Source of the DNA: an uncultured Planctomycetia bacterium
GTDB lineage: Bacteria; Omnitrophota; Gorgyraeia; Pluralincolimonadales; Pluralincolimonadaceae
NCBI GenBank assembly: GCA_964650515.1
Contig: CAZYUB010000011.1
Span: 4,798 to 68,797 of the forward strand
Direction of reading: 5' to 3'
Length of the DNA stretch: 64,000 nucleotides
Both the position numbers and the translations under genes were made by a program. The notes under the pieces were generated by a model. It was not told where the DNA came from. It made no database searches and worked only from the letters and a program-made list of their open reading frames with translations. Shown piece by piece: positions 18,481-29,340 of the stretch (positions are counted from its first letter, which is position 1; the number at the start of each line of letters is the position of its first letter).

Positions 18481-20408
18481 TCTATTATTATCTCACATTT
18501 CGGCAAGGCCGACAAAAACTTTCTTCCGTAAGGCTTATGCAGGATGCGGCTGTCAAGTATCACTACTATACCGGCATCATTCCTTGTCCTTACCAGCCTG
18601 CCGAAGCCCTGCTTGAGTTTAAGTATGGCCTGCGGCAGGCTGTATTCGGAGAACGGGTCGCCTCCGTCCTGTTTTATCCTGTCCATCCTAGCCTCGGATA
18701 TCGGGTGGTCCGGGACCGCGAAAGGAAGGCGCGTTATTATCACGTTGCCGAGGGCCTCTCCGGGCACATCGACGCCGGTCCAGAAGGAATCGACCCCGAA
18801 TATCACTGAGCCGACGTCGCGCTTGAACGCCTCGAGCATCTTTGTCCTCGGCAGGCCTGACCCCTGTTTCATAAGCGGTATGCCGAGGTCGGAGAAATAG
18901 CCGGATGTCTGCTCGTATACGTCATCCATGAACCTGTAACTTGTGAACAGGACGAAAGCCCTTCCTTCCGTCCTAGTGACGTAATCCTTCACTTTGTTCA
19001 CGACCTCTTCCTTGTATCTGATATAGTCGTTCGGGTCCGGCATTTTCTTCGGGATGTATATCTTCACATTCCTCTCATAATCAAAAGGCGAACCGAGCAG
19101 CATCTCGTCCGTCTTTGTTATGCCGAGGCGCGACTTTATGAACCCGAAACCGCCTTCCGTCGATAAAGTGGCGCTTGTCAATACCGCGGTATCTACCTTG
19201 GAGAACAGCATATCCCTCAATACCGGCGCCACGTTGACCGGCGCGCAGTCGAGCGCTATCCTCCTGAAACGCCTGCCTGATGATTCCGCCCAGTAGACAT
19301 AGTCGCCTATCTCCTGCCCCATAAAGGCGGAAAGGGCGCAGACAAGGGCATCGACCCTTGCCGTGTAATATTTAAGGTCGGTTTCTTCCTCTTTTGAGAC
19401 GGACCGCTTGGCCCTGTCTTTCAGGAGGCCCCTGATATCCTTCAACGGAGCGGAAAGGTTATCTTCTATGAAATCAACGTTCCTGACGCGGCGTATCGGG
19501 TCCTTGCCGAGCCAATCCGATGTCTCGTCGAAGAATATCTCCGACGCCTTCCGGACCCGGGCTACAGCGTCCTTAAGGCCCGGCTCCTTTATCGAGGCGA
19601 GGAACCCTTTCCTCTTCGCGGGATTATAAAGGGAATCCATAAGGTGCTTGATCCTGTAGTTCGATATCTCGGTGCCAAGATGTTCGGTCGCGACGTCCTC
19701 GATCGTATGGGCTTCGTCGAATATTACGCACGAATAATCGGGCAACAGCGCCCACTCCGACTGGCGGAGGGCAAGGTCGGAGAAAAAGAGATGGTGGTTG
19801 ACGACGATCAGGTCCGATTCCTGCATGTTGCGGCGGGCTTTCATCAGGAAGCAGGCATCCTTGTGCACGCATTTCTTCCCGAGGCAGGTATCATGCTCGC
19901 AGCAGACCCTCTCCCATACCTTCCGGTCCGGCTCGGCCTCAAAATCGGACAGCGAACCGTCTTCGGTGACCTTAGACCAGGAGAATATCTCCTGCAGGTT
20001 CGACACTTCCTCCTTTGATTCAAGCAGGTCGGTCTTTGACGACAGGACCCTGTTGAGCCTCCTGAGGCATAGGTAATTCGACCTTCCTTTTACGAGGCAA
20101 TGCCTGAAATCGAGCGGCAGGACCTTTTCCAGGAAAGGTATGTCCTTTTTTACGAGCTGTTCCTGCAGGCTTATAGTGTTCGTGGATACGACCGACTTCT
20201 TCCCGGAGGATACCGCAAAATCTATGGCGGGGACAAGGTATGCAAACGATTTTCCTACGCCGGTCCCGGCTTCGACTATTAGGTGGGATTTCTGTTTTAT
20301 CGCGCGCTCGACCGACCCGGCCATCTCGGCTTGCTGCGGGCGGGACTCGTAATCCCTGAAGTTACCGGCAAGCACGCCCTTTTTGCCAAAGAAATGCGAG
20401 CAGTCCAT
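18477..20408 (-). CDS. dinG: ATP-dependent DNA helicase DinG/Rad3 family
   Basis: 643 aa; Walker A EAGTGVGKS; Fe-S Cys cluster (CCEHDTC..C..C); DEAH box; helicase C_2 motifs. Confidence 0.85.
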   Translation of the reverse strand: MDCSHFFGKKGVLAGNFRDYESRPQQAEMAGSVERAIKQKSHLIVEAGTGVGKSFAYLVPAIDFAVSSGKKSVVSTNTISLQEQLVKKDIPFLEKVLPLDFRHCLVKGRSNYLCLRRLNRVLSSKTDLLESKEEVSNLQEIFSWSKVTEDGSLSDFEAEPDRKVWERVCCEHDTCLGKKCVHKDACFLMKARRNMQESDLIVVNHHLFFSDLALRQSEWALLPDYSCVIFDEAHTIEDVATEHLGTEISNYRIKHLMDSLYNPAKRKGFLASIKEPGLKDAVARVRKASEIFFDETSDWLGKDPIRRVRNVDFIEDNLSAPLKDIRGLLKDRAKRSVSKEEETDLKYYTARVDALVCALSAFMGQEIGDYVYWAESSGRRFRRIALDCAPVNVAPVLRDMLFSKVDTAVLTSATLSTEGGFGFIKSRLGITKTDEMLLGSPFDYERNVKIYIPKKMPDPNDYIRYKEEVVNKVKDYVTRTEGRAFVLFTSYRFMDDVYEQTSGYFSDLGIPLMKQGSGLPRTKMLEAFKRDVGSVIFGVDSFWTGVDVPGEALGNVIITRLPFAVPDHPISEARMDRIKQDGGDPFSEYSLPQAILKLKQGFGRLVRTRNDAGIVVILDSRILHKPYGRKFLSALPKCEIIIE

Positions 20409-21260
20409 CTATCTCGGCTTTATGGCTAGCTCCTCAAGGCGCGCTATTCTGCGCTCGATCGGCGGGTGTGTGCTGAATAATGAAAGGAATCCGCGCCCTG
20501 TCAGGGGATTGACTATGAACATATGCGCGGTCACTGGATTCGCCTCCATAGGCATCCTGCGCGAGTAGCCGTGGAGCTTCCTTAGCGCGTTCGCCAGTGA
20601 GAGCGGGCGCCCGCATATATCGGCTCCCGAGTCGTCGGCCATATACTCGCGCGAACGGGATATCGCCAGTTGTATCATCGTGGCCGTGATAGGCGCAAGT
20701 ATTATCATGGCGAGCGCGGCCATCGGGTTACCGCCGTCCCTGTCGTTATCTCCTCTGCCGCCGAAGATCATTGCGAACCTTGCCATATCGGACAACATGT
20801 AAATGGCGCCCGCAATGGTCGCAACCGCCGTCATCACAAGCGTGTCCCTGTTCCTGACATGCGAAAGCTCATGTGCTATGACGCCCTCAAGTTCATCGTC
20901 GGATAGGAGCCTTATGATGCCCTCCGTCGCCGCCACGGCGGCGTGAGAAGGGTCCCTGCCGGTAGCGAACGCGTTGGGGGTCTCGACCGGCATTACATAG
21001 ACCTTGGGCATCGGCAGCCCCGCTTTTGTCGACAGGTTGGATACTATCGTGAAAAGTTTCGGATAATCGGCCCTCGTAACCTGCTTCGCCTTATACATCG
21101 CGAGGACTATCCTGTCTGAGAACCAGTATGTGACGAAATTCATCGCGAGCGCTATGGAGAAGGCGATGACCATCCCCTCCCTGCCCCCTATCCATCCGCC
21201 CGCAAGGATCAGCAATAGGGTCAATAACGTGAGGAAGAACACCGTCTTAAAAACGTTCAT
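20409..21260 (-). CDS. htpX: Zn-dependent protease HtpX (M48)
   Basis: 283 aa; TM helices; HELSHV (HExxH) motif. Confidence 0.9.
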   Translation of the reverse strand: MNVFKTVFFLTLLTLLLILAGGWIGGREGMVIAFSIALAMNFVTYWFSDRIVLAMYKAKQVTRADYPKLFTIVSNLSTKAGLPMPKVYVMPVETPNAFATGRDPSHAAVAATEGIIRLLSDDELEGVIAHELSHVRNRDTLVMTAVATIAGAIYMLSDMARFAMIFGGRGDNDRDGGNPMAALAMIILAPITATMIQLAISRSREYMADDSGADICGRPLSLANALRKLHGYSRRMPMEANPVTAHMFIVNPLTGRGFLSLFSTHPPIERRIARLEELAIKPR

Positions 21261-21274
21261 TCTAGGCGCATCTC

Positions 21275-21817
21275 CTATAAGTTCTTTATCTCGGATACTT
21301 CCTTATCGATCAGGTGTGCGACCTCCGAGATCTCTTTTATCGAATTATCGACCGCTTTCTTGAAGTAAATGGCGCCCGGATGCCTCTCCCCGAGTTCCAC
21401 TAACCTCGCGCCCATGTCTATAAGCGTAAGGTACATCTTCTTGAGTTCCTGGGCATCCTTGTAATTCCTGAACTTGCGGTTCAGGAACTTCGTCAGGTCT
21501 TTCTTGTCCTCAGGGTCGATCTTCGTGAATTTAATGCCGATGCCCGGGTAGTATGTCGGGTTCCTGTCCTTATCGGCTATCCACGCAACCTTCCCGGAAA
21601 CCAGCACAGGATGCGATACCGTCGGCAGCATGAATTCAAGGTCCATATCCATGCCGAGCCTGAATTTCTTGTCGGTTTTTAGGAAGAGGCCGTGCCGCGC
21701 GAAGTTCTTCGACCTGAACATGTATGCCTTGCTGCTGGACGACTTGTCTTTCTTCCTGTGCCACTTCACCTCTACATCAAGCGCCAGTCGGCGGTGTAAT
21801 CTTTTGTTTGAACTCAT
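21275..21817 (-). CDS. PilZ domain protein (c-di-GMP receptor)
   Basis: 180 aa; RLHRR (RxxxR) and NFARHG ((D/N)x(S/A)xxG) PilZ motifs. Confidence 0.65.
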   Translation of the reverse strand: MSSNKRLHRRLALDVEVKWHRKKDKSSSSKAYMFRSKNFARHGLFLKTDKKFRLGMDMDLEFMLPTVSHPVLVSGKVAWIADKDRNPTYYPGIGIKFTKIDPEDKKDLTKFLNRKFRNYKDAQELKKMYLTLIDMGARLVELGERHPGAIYFKKAVDNSIKEISEVAHLIDKEVSEIKNL

Positions 21818-21830
21818 CGCGGCCCCTCTC

Positions 21831-22451
21831 CTAAGATGTCTTTTTAGCTTCCTGTATGAATTCCTTCATGAGTTTCATGCTCTTCCTGCCGGGTGATGAT
21901 TCGACTCCACTCGATACATCTACGGCATACGGCTTTACCTTCCCGATAGCGCCGCGAACGTTTCCCGGTTTGAGCCCGCCCGACAGTATTACGGGCCTGC
22001 CAAGCTTCTTTACGCGCAGGGCCAGGTTCCAATCAAACATTTCTCCCGTACCTCCCGCCTTGCCGGGCCTGTATGTATCAAGCAGGAAGGCGTCAACGTC
22101 ATAGCCGGACAGGCCGTCAAGATACCTTTTTTCCCCTATCCTGACCGCCTTGACTATTTTATAATATTTCTTAAGTTGTTTGCAATAGTTAATCGATTCG
22201 CTGCCGTGGAGTTGGACGCAGTCAAGCCTGCAAATTTTTGCTATCCTCAGCAATTTCCTGATATCTTCATCCACAAAAACGCCTATCAGAGACACGTATG
22301 GAGGCATTTTTGAGGAGATTGACCTTGCCTTCGATACATCTATCCTTCTCGGGCTCTTCGCAAAGACGAAACCGAGCGCATCCGCCCCAAGCCGGCAAGC
22401 GGCCTCGGCATCCTTAAGGTTCGTTATCCCGCAGACCTTTACCCTTACCAA
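21831..22451 (-). CDS. trpF: Phosphoribosylanthranilate isomerase
   Basis: 206 aa; MVRVKVCGIT... canonical TrpF. Confidence 0.9.
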   Translation of the reverse strand: MVRVKVCGITNLKDAEAACRLGADALGFVFAKSPRRIDVSKARSISSKMPPYVSLIGVFVDEDIRKLLRIAKICRLDCVQLHGSESINYCKQLKKYYKIVKAVRIGEKRYLDGLSGYDVDAFLLDTYRPGKAGGTGEMFDWNLALRVKKLGRPVILSGGLKPGNVRGAIGKVKPYAVDVSSGVESSPGRKSMKLMKEFIQEAKKTS

Positions 22452-23221
22452 CCCATGATCCTTTTGATTTCGGCGGGTATGTCGACGGATTCCATGAACG
22501 CGGTGCCTATAAGGACCGCTTTTATGCCTGTATCCGCCAGCGAAAGGATATCTTCGGGGTCCTTTATCCCGCTCTCTGAGATGACTATCTTCCCGGCGGG
22601 CACCTTCGGTATCAATTCCCGCGTCACCTGGAGGTCGACTTCCAATGTCGTCAGGTTCCTGTTGTTGATACCGATTATTTCGGCGTCTATCCCGAGCGCT
22701 TTTTCGAGGTCGCGTTCATTATGCACCTCGACGACCGTATCCATCCCCAGGGACTTCGCTTCGTGGAACAGAGCCTTGAGCATTCCCCTGTCCATAGCCG
22801 TAGCGATGAGAAGGATCGCGTCCGCACCCGCGACAGCCGATTCGAATACCTGGTATTCGGAGATTATGAAATCCTTGCGCATGACCGGCAGGTCGGCGGC
22901 GTCACGGACAGACTTAAGGTCATCTATGCTTCCCTGGAAATATTTGTCTTCCGTTAGGACGGACAATGCCGAGGCCCCGCTTTTCCTGTATATCTTCGCT
23001 ATTCCTGAAGGATCGAAATCGTGCCTGATGACTCCGTGCGACGGCGACGCTTTTTTCACCTCGGCTATAAGGTTAATCCTTCCGCCTTTAGATATTGCGG
23101 ACTTGAATCCCCTGTTCTTTACGGGAACTGCTCGTTTTTCCAGATCTTCAAGAGGAAGGATCTCCTGCGCGCGTTCAAGCTTGTGTTTCTTGTGCTCAAT
23201 TATCTCCTGTAATCCTATCAT
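22445..23221 (-). CDS. trpC: Indole-3-glycerol phosphate synthase
   Basis: 258 aa; IAEVKKASPSHG motif. Confidence 0.92.
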   Translation of the reverse strand: MIGLQEIIEHKKHKLERAQEILPLEDLEKRAVPVKNRGFKSAISKGGRINLIAEVKKASPSHGVIRHDFDPSGIAKIYRKSGASALSVLTEDKYFQGSIDDLKSVRDAADLPVMRKDFIISEYQVFESAVAGADAILLIATAMDRGMLKALFHEAKSLGMDTVVEVHNERDLEKALGIDAEIIGINNRNLTTLEVDLQVTRELIPKVPAGKIVISESGIKDPEDILSLADTGIKAVLIGTAFMESVDIPAEIKRIMGW

Positions 23222-24228
23222 CTGCTTGTGACCTCCTTAAGCTGCTCAAGTTTCTTCAGGCCCTGGCCGGAATCAATAGATTCCCCGGCTATCCTTATGC
23301 CTTCCTTTATGCTGGCCGCCCCATCCGCCGCATATATCGCGCAGCCCGCGTTCATAAGGACGATATCACGATGAGGCCCTTTATCGCCGCCGAGTACAGC
23401 GAGCGCGATCTTCGCGTTCTGCGTGATATCGCCGCCTTTAAGGTCCCCGGGCTTAGCCATCTTTATCCCGAACTCCTTAGGGTTTATCTCATAATTCGTG
23501 ACGTTGCCGCCGTTAAGCTCGGATACCTGCGTCGCATCTGTTGTAGTCACTTCATCGAGCCCGTCATCACCGTGAACGACAAGCGCGTGCCTTGACCCAA
23601 GACGTCCAAGCGCCTCGGCCAACGGCCTCGTGAGCCTGTAATCGTAAACACCGAGAAGTTGGTGTGTCGCATTAGCGGGATTCGTAAGCGGGCCCAGTAT
23701 GTTGAATATCGTGCGGATGCCTATCTCCCTTCTCGGCCCGATCGCGTATTGCATCGCCTTGTGCAGCATTGGGGCGAAAAGGAACCCGATACCTATCTCA
23801 TCGAGGCATCTCGACACGGTATGTTCCTGCACGTCTATGTTCACTCCGAGGGTTTTAAGCAGGTCCGCGCTGCCGCAGTTCGAGGAGACGGAGCGGTTGC
23901 CGTGCTTCGCCACAGCGATGCCGGCGCCCGCCACTACGAATGCGGAAACAGTCGATACGTTGAACGTCTGCGACTCGTCGCCTCCGGTCCCGCAGGTGTC
24001 GAGTATGACGGGGTGTTTTGTCTTTATCTTCGTGGCGTGCTTTCGCATGACGGAAGCGGCGCCGACTATCTCATCTAGCGTCTCTCCTTTCATCCTCATG
24101 GCCGTAAGGAAGGACGCTATCTGCGACGGGAGCGCCTGCCCCGTCATTATCTCCTCCATTGAAAGCTCTATCTCGGGCCTTGAAAGGTCCTCAGACCTTA
24201 CAAGTTTCGCGATCGATTCTTTTATCAT
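23218..24228 (-). CDS. trpD: Anthranilate phosphoribosyltransferase
   Basis: 336 aa; [14 protein letters not shown] motif. Confidence 0.93.
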   Translation of the reverse strand: MIKESIAKLVRSEDLSRPEIELSMEEIMTGQALPSQIASFLTAMRMKGETLDEIVGAASVMRKHATKIKTKHPVILDTCGTGGDESQTFNVSTVSAFVVAGAGIAVAKHGNRSVSSNCGSADLLKTLGVNIDVQEHTVSRCLDEIGIGFLFAPMLHKAMQYAIGPRREIGIRTIFNILGPLTNPANATHQLLGVYDYRLTRPLAEALGRLGSRHALVVHGDDGLDEVTTTDATQVSELNGGNVTNYEINPKEFGIKMAKPGDLKGGDITQNAKIALAVLGGDKGPHRDIVLMNAGCAIYAADGAASIKEGIRIAGESIDSGQGLKKLEQLKEVTSR

Positions 24229-24794
24229 TCGGAAAGCTCCAGGAAGTTCTTAAGCAATCTCTTGCCTTCGGCAGTAAGTATAGATTCCGGATGGAACTGC
24301 ACTCCCCATACGGGATGTTTCCTGTGCCTGAGTCCCATTATCTCCTTTTCCTTCGTCCGGGCGATGACCTCGAGGCAGTCCGGCAATGACTTTCGCTCCA
24401 CTATAAGCGAATGGTACCTGATGGCCGCGAACGGGTTGCGGATCCCCTTGAATATCTCCCTGCCGTTATGGTAGATCAGCGACGTCTTGCCGTGCATGGG
24501 CCTTGAGGCCTTGACTACCCTCCCGCCGAACACCTCGCCGATGCACTGGTGGCCCAGGCACACACCGAGGATAGGCACCTTTCCCGCAAATTCACGTATA
24601 ACAGAGTTGGATATGCCGGCGTCCTTCGGGGATCCCGGACCGGGGGATATTATAATGCACCGCGGCTTGAGGCCCGAGATGGCCCTGACGGATATCTTAT
24701 CGTTGCGGATGACCTTAAGCGCCTGCCCCATCTCGCCGAGGTATTGGACGAGGTTATAGGTAAAGGAATCGTAATTATCTATCATAAGGATCAT
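24225..24794 (-). CDS. trpG: Anthranilate synthase component II (glutamine amidotransferase)
   Basis: 189 aa; class-I GATase with GVCLGHQ Cys site. Confidence 0.9.
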   Translation of the reverse strand: MILMIDNYDSFTYNLVQYLGEMGQALKVIRNDKISVRAISGLKPRCIIISPGPGSPKDAGISNSVIREFAGKVPILGVCLGHQCIGEVFGGRVVKASRPMHGKTSLIYHNGREIFKGIRNPFAAIRYHSLIVERKSLPDCLEVIARTKEKEIMGLRHRKHPVWGVQFHPESILTAEGKRLLKNFLELSE

Positions 24795-26270
24795 CTAAAA
24801 TATCCCCTTCTCCGCGGCTTCTATCGCCTTAATCGTGGCCTTGGCCTTATTGACGGTCTCCTGGTATTCCTTAGCGGGATCGGAATCAGCCACGATCCCC
24901 CCGCCCGCCTGGACGAATGCCTTGCCGCCCTTCATCACTATAGTCCTGATATTTATGCATGTGTCGGTGTTCCCCGAGAAGCTGAAATACCCTACGAGGC
25001 CCGCATAAGGGCCGCGCCTCGTATTCTCGAGCTCCTCGATTATCTCCATAGCCCTTACCTTCGGCGCTCCAGATACCGTGCCGGCAGGGAACGTCGCCCT
25101 GATGACATCGAACATGTCCTTATCGGGCCTTAACTTCCCGGTGCATTCGCTGACAATATGCATCACGTGCGAATATTTTTCGATGGTCATGAGCTCGGAT
25201 ACCTTTACTGTGCCGTATTTGCAGACCCTGCCTATGTCATTTCGGCCGAGGTCTACGAGCATAATATGCTCTGCGCGTTCCTTCACGCTCGACAACAGGT
25301 TCTTCTCAAGGCGTTTCTCTTCGGCTTCGGTCTTGCCCCTCGGTCGCGTACCCGCTATGGGCCTCAACTCCACTACACTGTCTTCGCACCTGACCATGAG
25401 CTCGGGAGATGCCCCTACAAGGGACATCTCCTTCATCTTCAGATAATACATATAGGGCGAAGGGTTTATCATCCTCAGCGAACGGTAGAGGTCGATGCCG
25501 GAACATGATATCTTAGTGCTGAACCTCTGGGACGGCACTACCTGTATAATGTCACCTGCCCTTATATAGCTCTTTGCTTTCCTGACCAGCGCGACGAACT
25601 CATCCTTCGTGAAATTGGAATCTATGCCCTGTTCCGTCGCGCGGATCTTCCTGCGCGCGGCCGCAAGCGGGGCGCCGAGCATCTTTATGAGGCCGTCTAT
25701 CTTCCTTATGGCGGCATCGTACGCCCGCGAAGGATCACCCTCGACGTGGGCGTTCGAGACGACCTTTATCTTGTGCTTCACGTGGTCGAATATCAATATC
25801 GTGTCCGTAAGCATGAAGACTGAGTCCGGCGCGTCGAGCTCATCCGGATTTTTCGACGGCAATTTTTCGAAAAATCTTACCATATCGTATCCCATGAACC
25901 CTACGAGCCCCCCGCAGAACCTCGGAAGGCCGGGGGTATGGACGAACTTATACCTGCCAAGTATGGCCTTCATCTCCTCAAGCGGGTCGGATGACGCGGT
26001 AAAGCGCTTCGTGTTTTCGTCTTCGGTCATCTCTATACCTTCGCCTTTGCTCCTGAATACGAGAGAAGGCCCGGAACCGAGGAAAGAATAGCGGGCTATC
26101 TTCTCCCCGCCTTCCACGGATTCGAGCAGGAAAGAATAGTCCCCCCTGTCGATCTTCATGAAGGCGGAGACCGGCGTCTCCAGGTCAGCCGTTATCTCGG
26201 CATAGACCGGGATAAGGTTGCCTTTTTTGGAGAGGCGGCCGAATTCTTTCCTGGACGGTACGTATTCCAT
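24795..26270 (-). CDS. trpE: Anthranilate synthase component I
   Basis: 491 aa; chorismate-binding family motifs; start overlaps hisI stop by 1 nt. Confidence 0.92.
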   Translation of the reverse strand: MEYVPSRKEFGRLSKKGNLIPVYAEITADLETPVSAFMKIDRGDYSFLLESVEGGEKIARYSFLGSGPSLVFRSKGEGIEMTEDENTKRFTASSDPLEEMKAILGRYKFVHTPGLPRFCGGLVGFMGYDMVRFFEKLPSKNPDELDAPDSVFMLTDTILIFDHVKHKIKVVSNAHVEGDPSRAYDAAIRKIDGLIKMLGAPLAAARRKIRATEQGIDSNFTKDEFVALVRKAKSYIRAGDIIQVVPSQRFSTKISCSGIDLYRSLRMINPSPYMYYLKMKEMSLVGASPELMVRCEDSVVELRPIAGTRPRGKTEAEEKRLEKNLLSSVKERAEHIMLVDLGRNDIGRVCKYGTVKVSELMTIEKYSHVMHIVSECTGKLRPDKDMFDVIRATFPAGTVSGAPKVRAMEIIEELENTRRGPYAGLVGYFSFSGNTDTCINIRTIVMKGGKAFVQAGGGIVADSDPAKEYQETVNKAKATIKAIEAAEKGIF

Positions 26271-26659
26271 TATTTTTTATAGACCTTGTCGGGGTCGAAC
26301 ATCTTCTTTCCCGACACGGACGTATTCCCCTTATTGTCCTTCAGTTTCCTGTAAAAGCATGACCTGTAACCCGTATGGCATGCGCCTCCGACCTGCTCAA
26401 CCTTCACGAGCAGGCAGTCGGCATCGCAATCGAAACGGATCTCCCTGACCTTCTGGACATGCCCGGATGATTCGCCCTTGAGCCAAAGCTTTTTTCTTGA
26501 ACGCGAATAGAAGTGGGCCCTCTTCGTCTCTATCGTCTTCCTTACGGCGACATCGTTCATATAAGCGACCATCAGGACCTCGTTGTTAGCGAAGTCCTGT
26601 ATTACCGCCGGTATCAGCCCGTTTTCGTCATATTTCAGCCCTTTGATGAACTTATTCAT
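26270..26659 (-). CDS. hisI: Phosphoribosyl-AMP cyclohydrolase
   Basis: 129 aa; monofunctional HisI (C..C..C / HTGYRSCF). Confidence 0.9.
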   Translation of the reverse strand: MNKFIKGLKYDENGLIPAVIQDFANNEVLMVAYMNDVAVRKTIETKRAHFYSRSRKKLWLKGESSGHVQKVREIRFDCDADCLLVKVEQVGGACHTGYRSCFYRKLKDNKGNTSVSGKKMFDPDKVYKK

Positions 26660-27411
26660 ATCCTTACGGCGACTCCTTTTCTCTTTAAGTACTCCTTTAC
26701 CTGCCTTACCGAATATTCCCTGAAATGGAATATCGACGCCGCCAGTACCGCGTCCGCCTTGCCCTTCACTAACCCGTCATAGAGATGCGCGGGCAACCCG
26801 GCGCCGCCCGATGCTATGACTGGTATCCCGACATTTTCCGATACGGCCCTGGTAAGCTCGATATCATAACCTATCTTAGTGCCGTCCCTGTCCATGGAAG
26901 TAAGCAGTATCTCTCCCGCCCCGCGTTTCTGGGATTCCTTTGCCCACTTAACGGCATCGATGCCGGTAGGCGTCCTGCCCCCGTGAGTGAATACCTCCCA
27001 CCTTCCGCCCTTTCTCTTGGCGTCTATCGCCACAACTATGCATTGGCTGCCGAACCTGTCCGAAGACCCGCTGATCAGCCCGGGATCCTTTACAGCGGCG
27101 GTATTTATCGATACCTTGTCCGCCCCGGCGTTCAGCAGGTTTCGTATATCCGAGATGTTCCTTATGCCTCCGCCCACGGTAAGCGGCATGAATACCTGTT
27201 CGGCGGTGCGGCGGACCACGCTTATCATCGTATCCCTGTCCTCATAACTTGCCGTGATATCCAGGAATACGAGCTCATCAGCGCCTTCCTTCTCGTAGAA
27301 GGACGCGTTGACTACGGGGTCTCCCGCGTCCCTGAGGTTCACGAAATTGACCCCCTTGACGACACGCCCGTCCTTCACGTCAAGACAGGGTATTATCCTT
27401 TTTGCGAGCAT
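26656..27411 (-). CDS. hisF: Imidazole glycerol phosphate synthase cyclase subunit
   Basis: 251 aa; [20 protein letters not shown]... Confidence 0.95.
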   Translation of the reverse strand: MLAKRIIPCLDVKDGRVVKGVNFVNLRDAGDPVVNASFYEKEGADELVFLDITASYEDRDTMISVVRRTAEQVFMPLTVGGGIRNISDIRNLLNAGADKVSINTAAVKDPGLISGSSDRFGSQCIVVAIDAKRKGGRWEVFTHGGRTPTGIDAVKWAKESQKRGAGEILLTSMDRDGTKIGYDIELTRAVSENVGIPVIASGGAGLPAHLYDGLVKGKADAVLAASIFHFREYSVRQVKEYLKRKGVAVRI

Positions 27412-28124
27412 ACCTTATTAGCGTCCTTAAGCAGTATCTTCTTGTCGTACAGCGCGCGGCCGACTATGACACCGACCACTTCCTTCCTGTTGTAATCACG
27501 GAGTATCCTCAGGTCGGCAAGCGTCGATATGCCCCCTGAGACGATCATGTCTATCTTGACGTCCCCCAGGAACTTCAGTATATTGCCGAACCCCGGGCCC
27601 TGCAGTGTCCCATCCCTCGATATGTCGGTATACTCGACGGTCTGGACCCCGAACATCCTGATCCTTTGGGCGAAATCTATAGCTTTTATCTCCGTCGGGT
27701 TCACCCAGCCCTTTGTCTGCAGATAGCCGTCCTTCACGTCAAGGCTCACGATTATCTTTTCGCGGTACTTGTCCACCGCCTTTTTCAGGAACTGCTCGTC
27801 TTCGCATGCCTTAGTCCCGAGTATCGCGTATGAGGCGCCGGCCCTTATGACCGTCTGAAGCTCCGCTTCGGTCCTTATGCCGCCGCCGACCTCGATAGGT
27901 ATATCGAGCGACGCCGTTATCTTCCTTATCCAATCGAGGTTCTTCAGCTTGCCTTCGAGCGCGCCGTCGAGGTCTACGACATGGAGCCTCTTCGCGCCCT
28001 CGCTCTGCCACCAGAGCGATGTCTTGACGGGATCGCTCGAATATACCGTCTCCTTCGAGAAATCGCCCCTGAAAAGCCGGACAACATTGCCTCCCCTTAT
28101 GTCAACAGCAGGTATGACGATCAT
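27393..28124 (-). CDS. hisA: ProFAR isomerase
   Basis: 243 aa; [17 protein letters not shown]... Confidence 0.93.
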   Translation of the reverse strand: MIVIPAVDIRGGNVVRLFRGDFSKETVYSSDPVKTSLWWQSEGAKRLHVVDLDGALEGKLKNLDWIRKITASLDIPIEVGGGIRTEAELQTVIRAGASYAILGTKACEDEQFLKKAVDKYREKIIVSLDVKDGYLQTKGWVNPTEIKAIDFAQRIRMFGVQTVEYTDISRDGTLQGPGFGNILKFLGDVKIDMIVSGGISTLADLRILRDYNRKEVVGVIVGRALYDKKILLKDANKVCSQKG

Positions 28125-28735
28125 ATCTTTACGAAATTCCTCATGATTTTAAGCCCCAGCGCCTGGCTCTTCTCAGGGTGGAACTGTGTGGCGTAAACAT
28201 TATCGGACCATATAGCCGACGCGAACTTTAACCCGTAATCGGTGTAAGCGCTGACGGATGACCTGTCCTCGGGCAATGCATAGTATGAGTGCACGAAGTA
28301 GACATACGAACCCTCGGGAATGCCCTTGAACAGCGGGCAGCCCTTCTTTATTCCGGAAAGCCGGTTCCACCCCATGTGGGGTATCTTGAGCTTCTTCGAC
28401 CTGAATTTCAGCACCTTGCCCTTTATTACGCCGAGGCCCTTACAGGATACGGCTTCCTCGCTCCTGTCGAAAAGTAATTGCAGGCCGAGGCACAGCCCGA
28501 GGAACGGCTTTCCGCCTTCTATGAACTCCATCATGGGGCCTACAAGCTTACGGGACCTGAGCTCAGACATCGCGTCCCTGAAAGCGCCGACTCCGGGAAA
28601 GACGAGCTTATCCGCCTTAAGGATATCACGGGCCTTACCGGACACTATGACGGAAGCGCCTTCCGCTTCGAGGGCCTTCGATACGCTCCTGAGGTTGCCC
28701 ATACCGTAATCAAGGACGGTTATCTTTTGCTTCAT
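28121..28735 (-). CDS. hisH: Imidazole glycerol phosphate synthase glutaminase subunit
   Basis: Start placed at internal ATG 28735 (MKQKITVLDYGMGNLRSV; ATGA overlap with hisB stop); the longer track ORF carries an unsupported 20-aa extension. Confidence 0.9.
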   Translation of the reverse strand: MKQKITVLDYGMGNLRSVSKALEAEGASVIVSGKARDILKADKLVFPGVGAFRDAMSELRSRKLVGPMMEFIEGGKPFLGLCLGLQLLFDRSEEAVSCKGLGVIKGKVLKFRSKKLKIPHMGWNRLSGIKKGCPLFKGIPEGSYVYFVHSYYALPEDRSSVSAYTDYGLKFASAIWSDNVYATQFHPEKSQALGLKIMRNFVKI

Positions 28736-29340
28736 AATCTCCCTTTTGTCGACGGGACGCCTTTTACCCTCGGGTCTATCCTCGTCGCGTCGCACAACGC
28801 CCTGCCGAATGCTTTAAATATCGCCTCAAGCACGTGATGCAGGTCCTCTCCGCGGTATTCGATATGCAGGTTTATGCCCGAGTTCCTGACAAACGCCTCA
28901 AGGAACTGCTTCGCGCTCGAGAGGTTATAGCCCTGCCTGTCAAGCAGCGTCGGAGGAACGGGCTTGCCCGTGCAGCGGATATAAAGCGACGGCCTTCCGC
29001 TGATATCGAGCGCTATGCGCGCGAGCGCCTCTTCCATAGGGACAGCCACATCCCTCGATCCGAAACGGCGTATCCCTTTCTTGTTGCCGAGCGCCTTCGC
29101 CATCGCCTCGCCGAGGGCTATGCCTACATCCTCATTTGTATGGTGTATGTCGACGTCGAGGTCGCCTTTGGCGATAAGCTTCAGGTCGAAACACCCGTGC
29201 CTCGCGAAGAGCGAGAGCATATGGTCTAGGAAGCCGATCCCGGTATATACGCGGAACTTACCCGTCCCGTCTATGTTCAGGTCCACCGTTATGTCGGTCT
29301 CCGTGGTCTTGCGCTTATGACTAACGGCCCTCTTCTTCAT
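28732..29340 (-). CDS. hisB: Imidazoleglycerol-phosphate dehydratase
   Basis: 202 aa; IGPD His-rich motifs. Confidence 0.92.
   Translation of the reverse strand: MKKRAVSHKRKTTETDITVDLNIDGTGKFRVYTGIGFLDHMLSLFARHGCFDLKLIAKGDLDVDIHHTNEDVGIALGEAMAKALGNKKGIRRFGSRDVAVPMEEALARIALDISGRPSLYIRCTGKPVPPTLLDRQGYNLSSAKQFLEAFVRNSGINLHIEYRGEDLHHVLEAIFKAFGRALCDATRIDPRVKGVPSTKGRL

Noticed and set aside
28736-28795. 20-aa extension of hisH (MRRDEDRPEGKRRPVDKREI)
   Set aside because: It overlaps hisB. The internal ATG forms the classic ATGA overlap and yields the canonical MKQKITVLDYGMGNL N-terminus.
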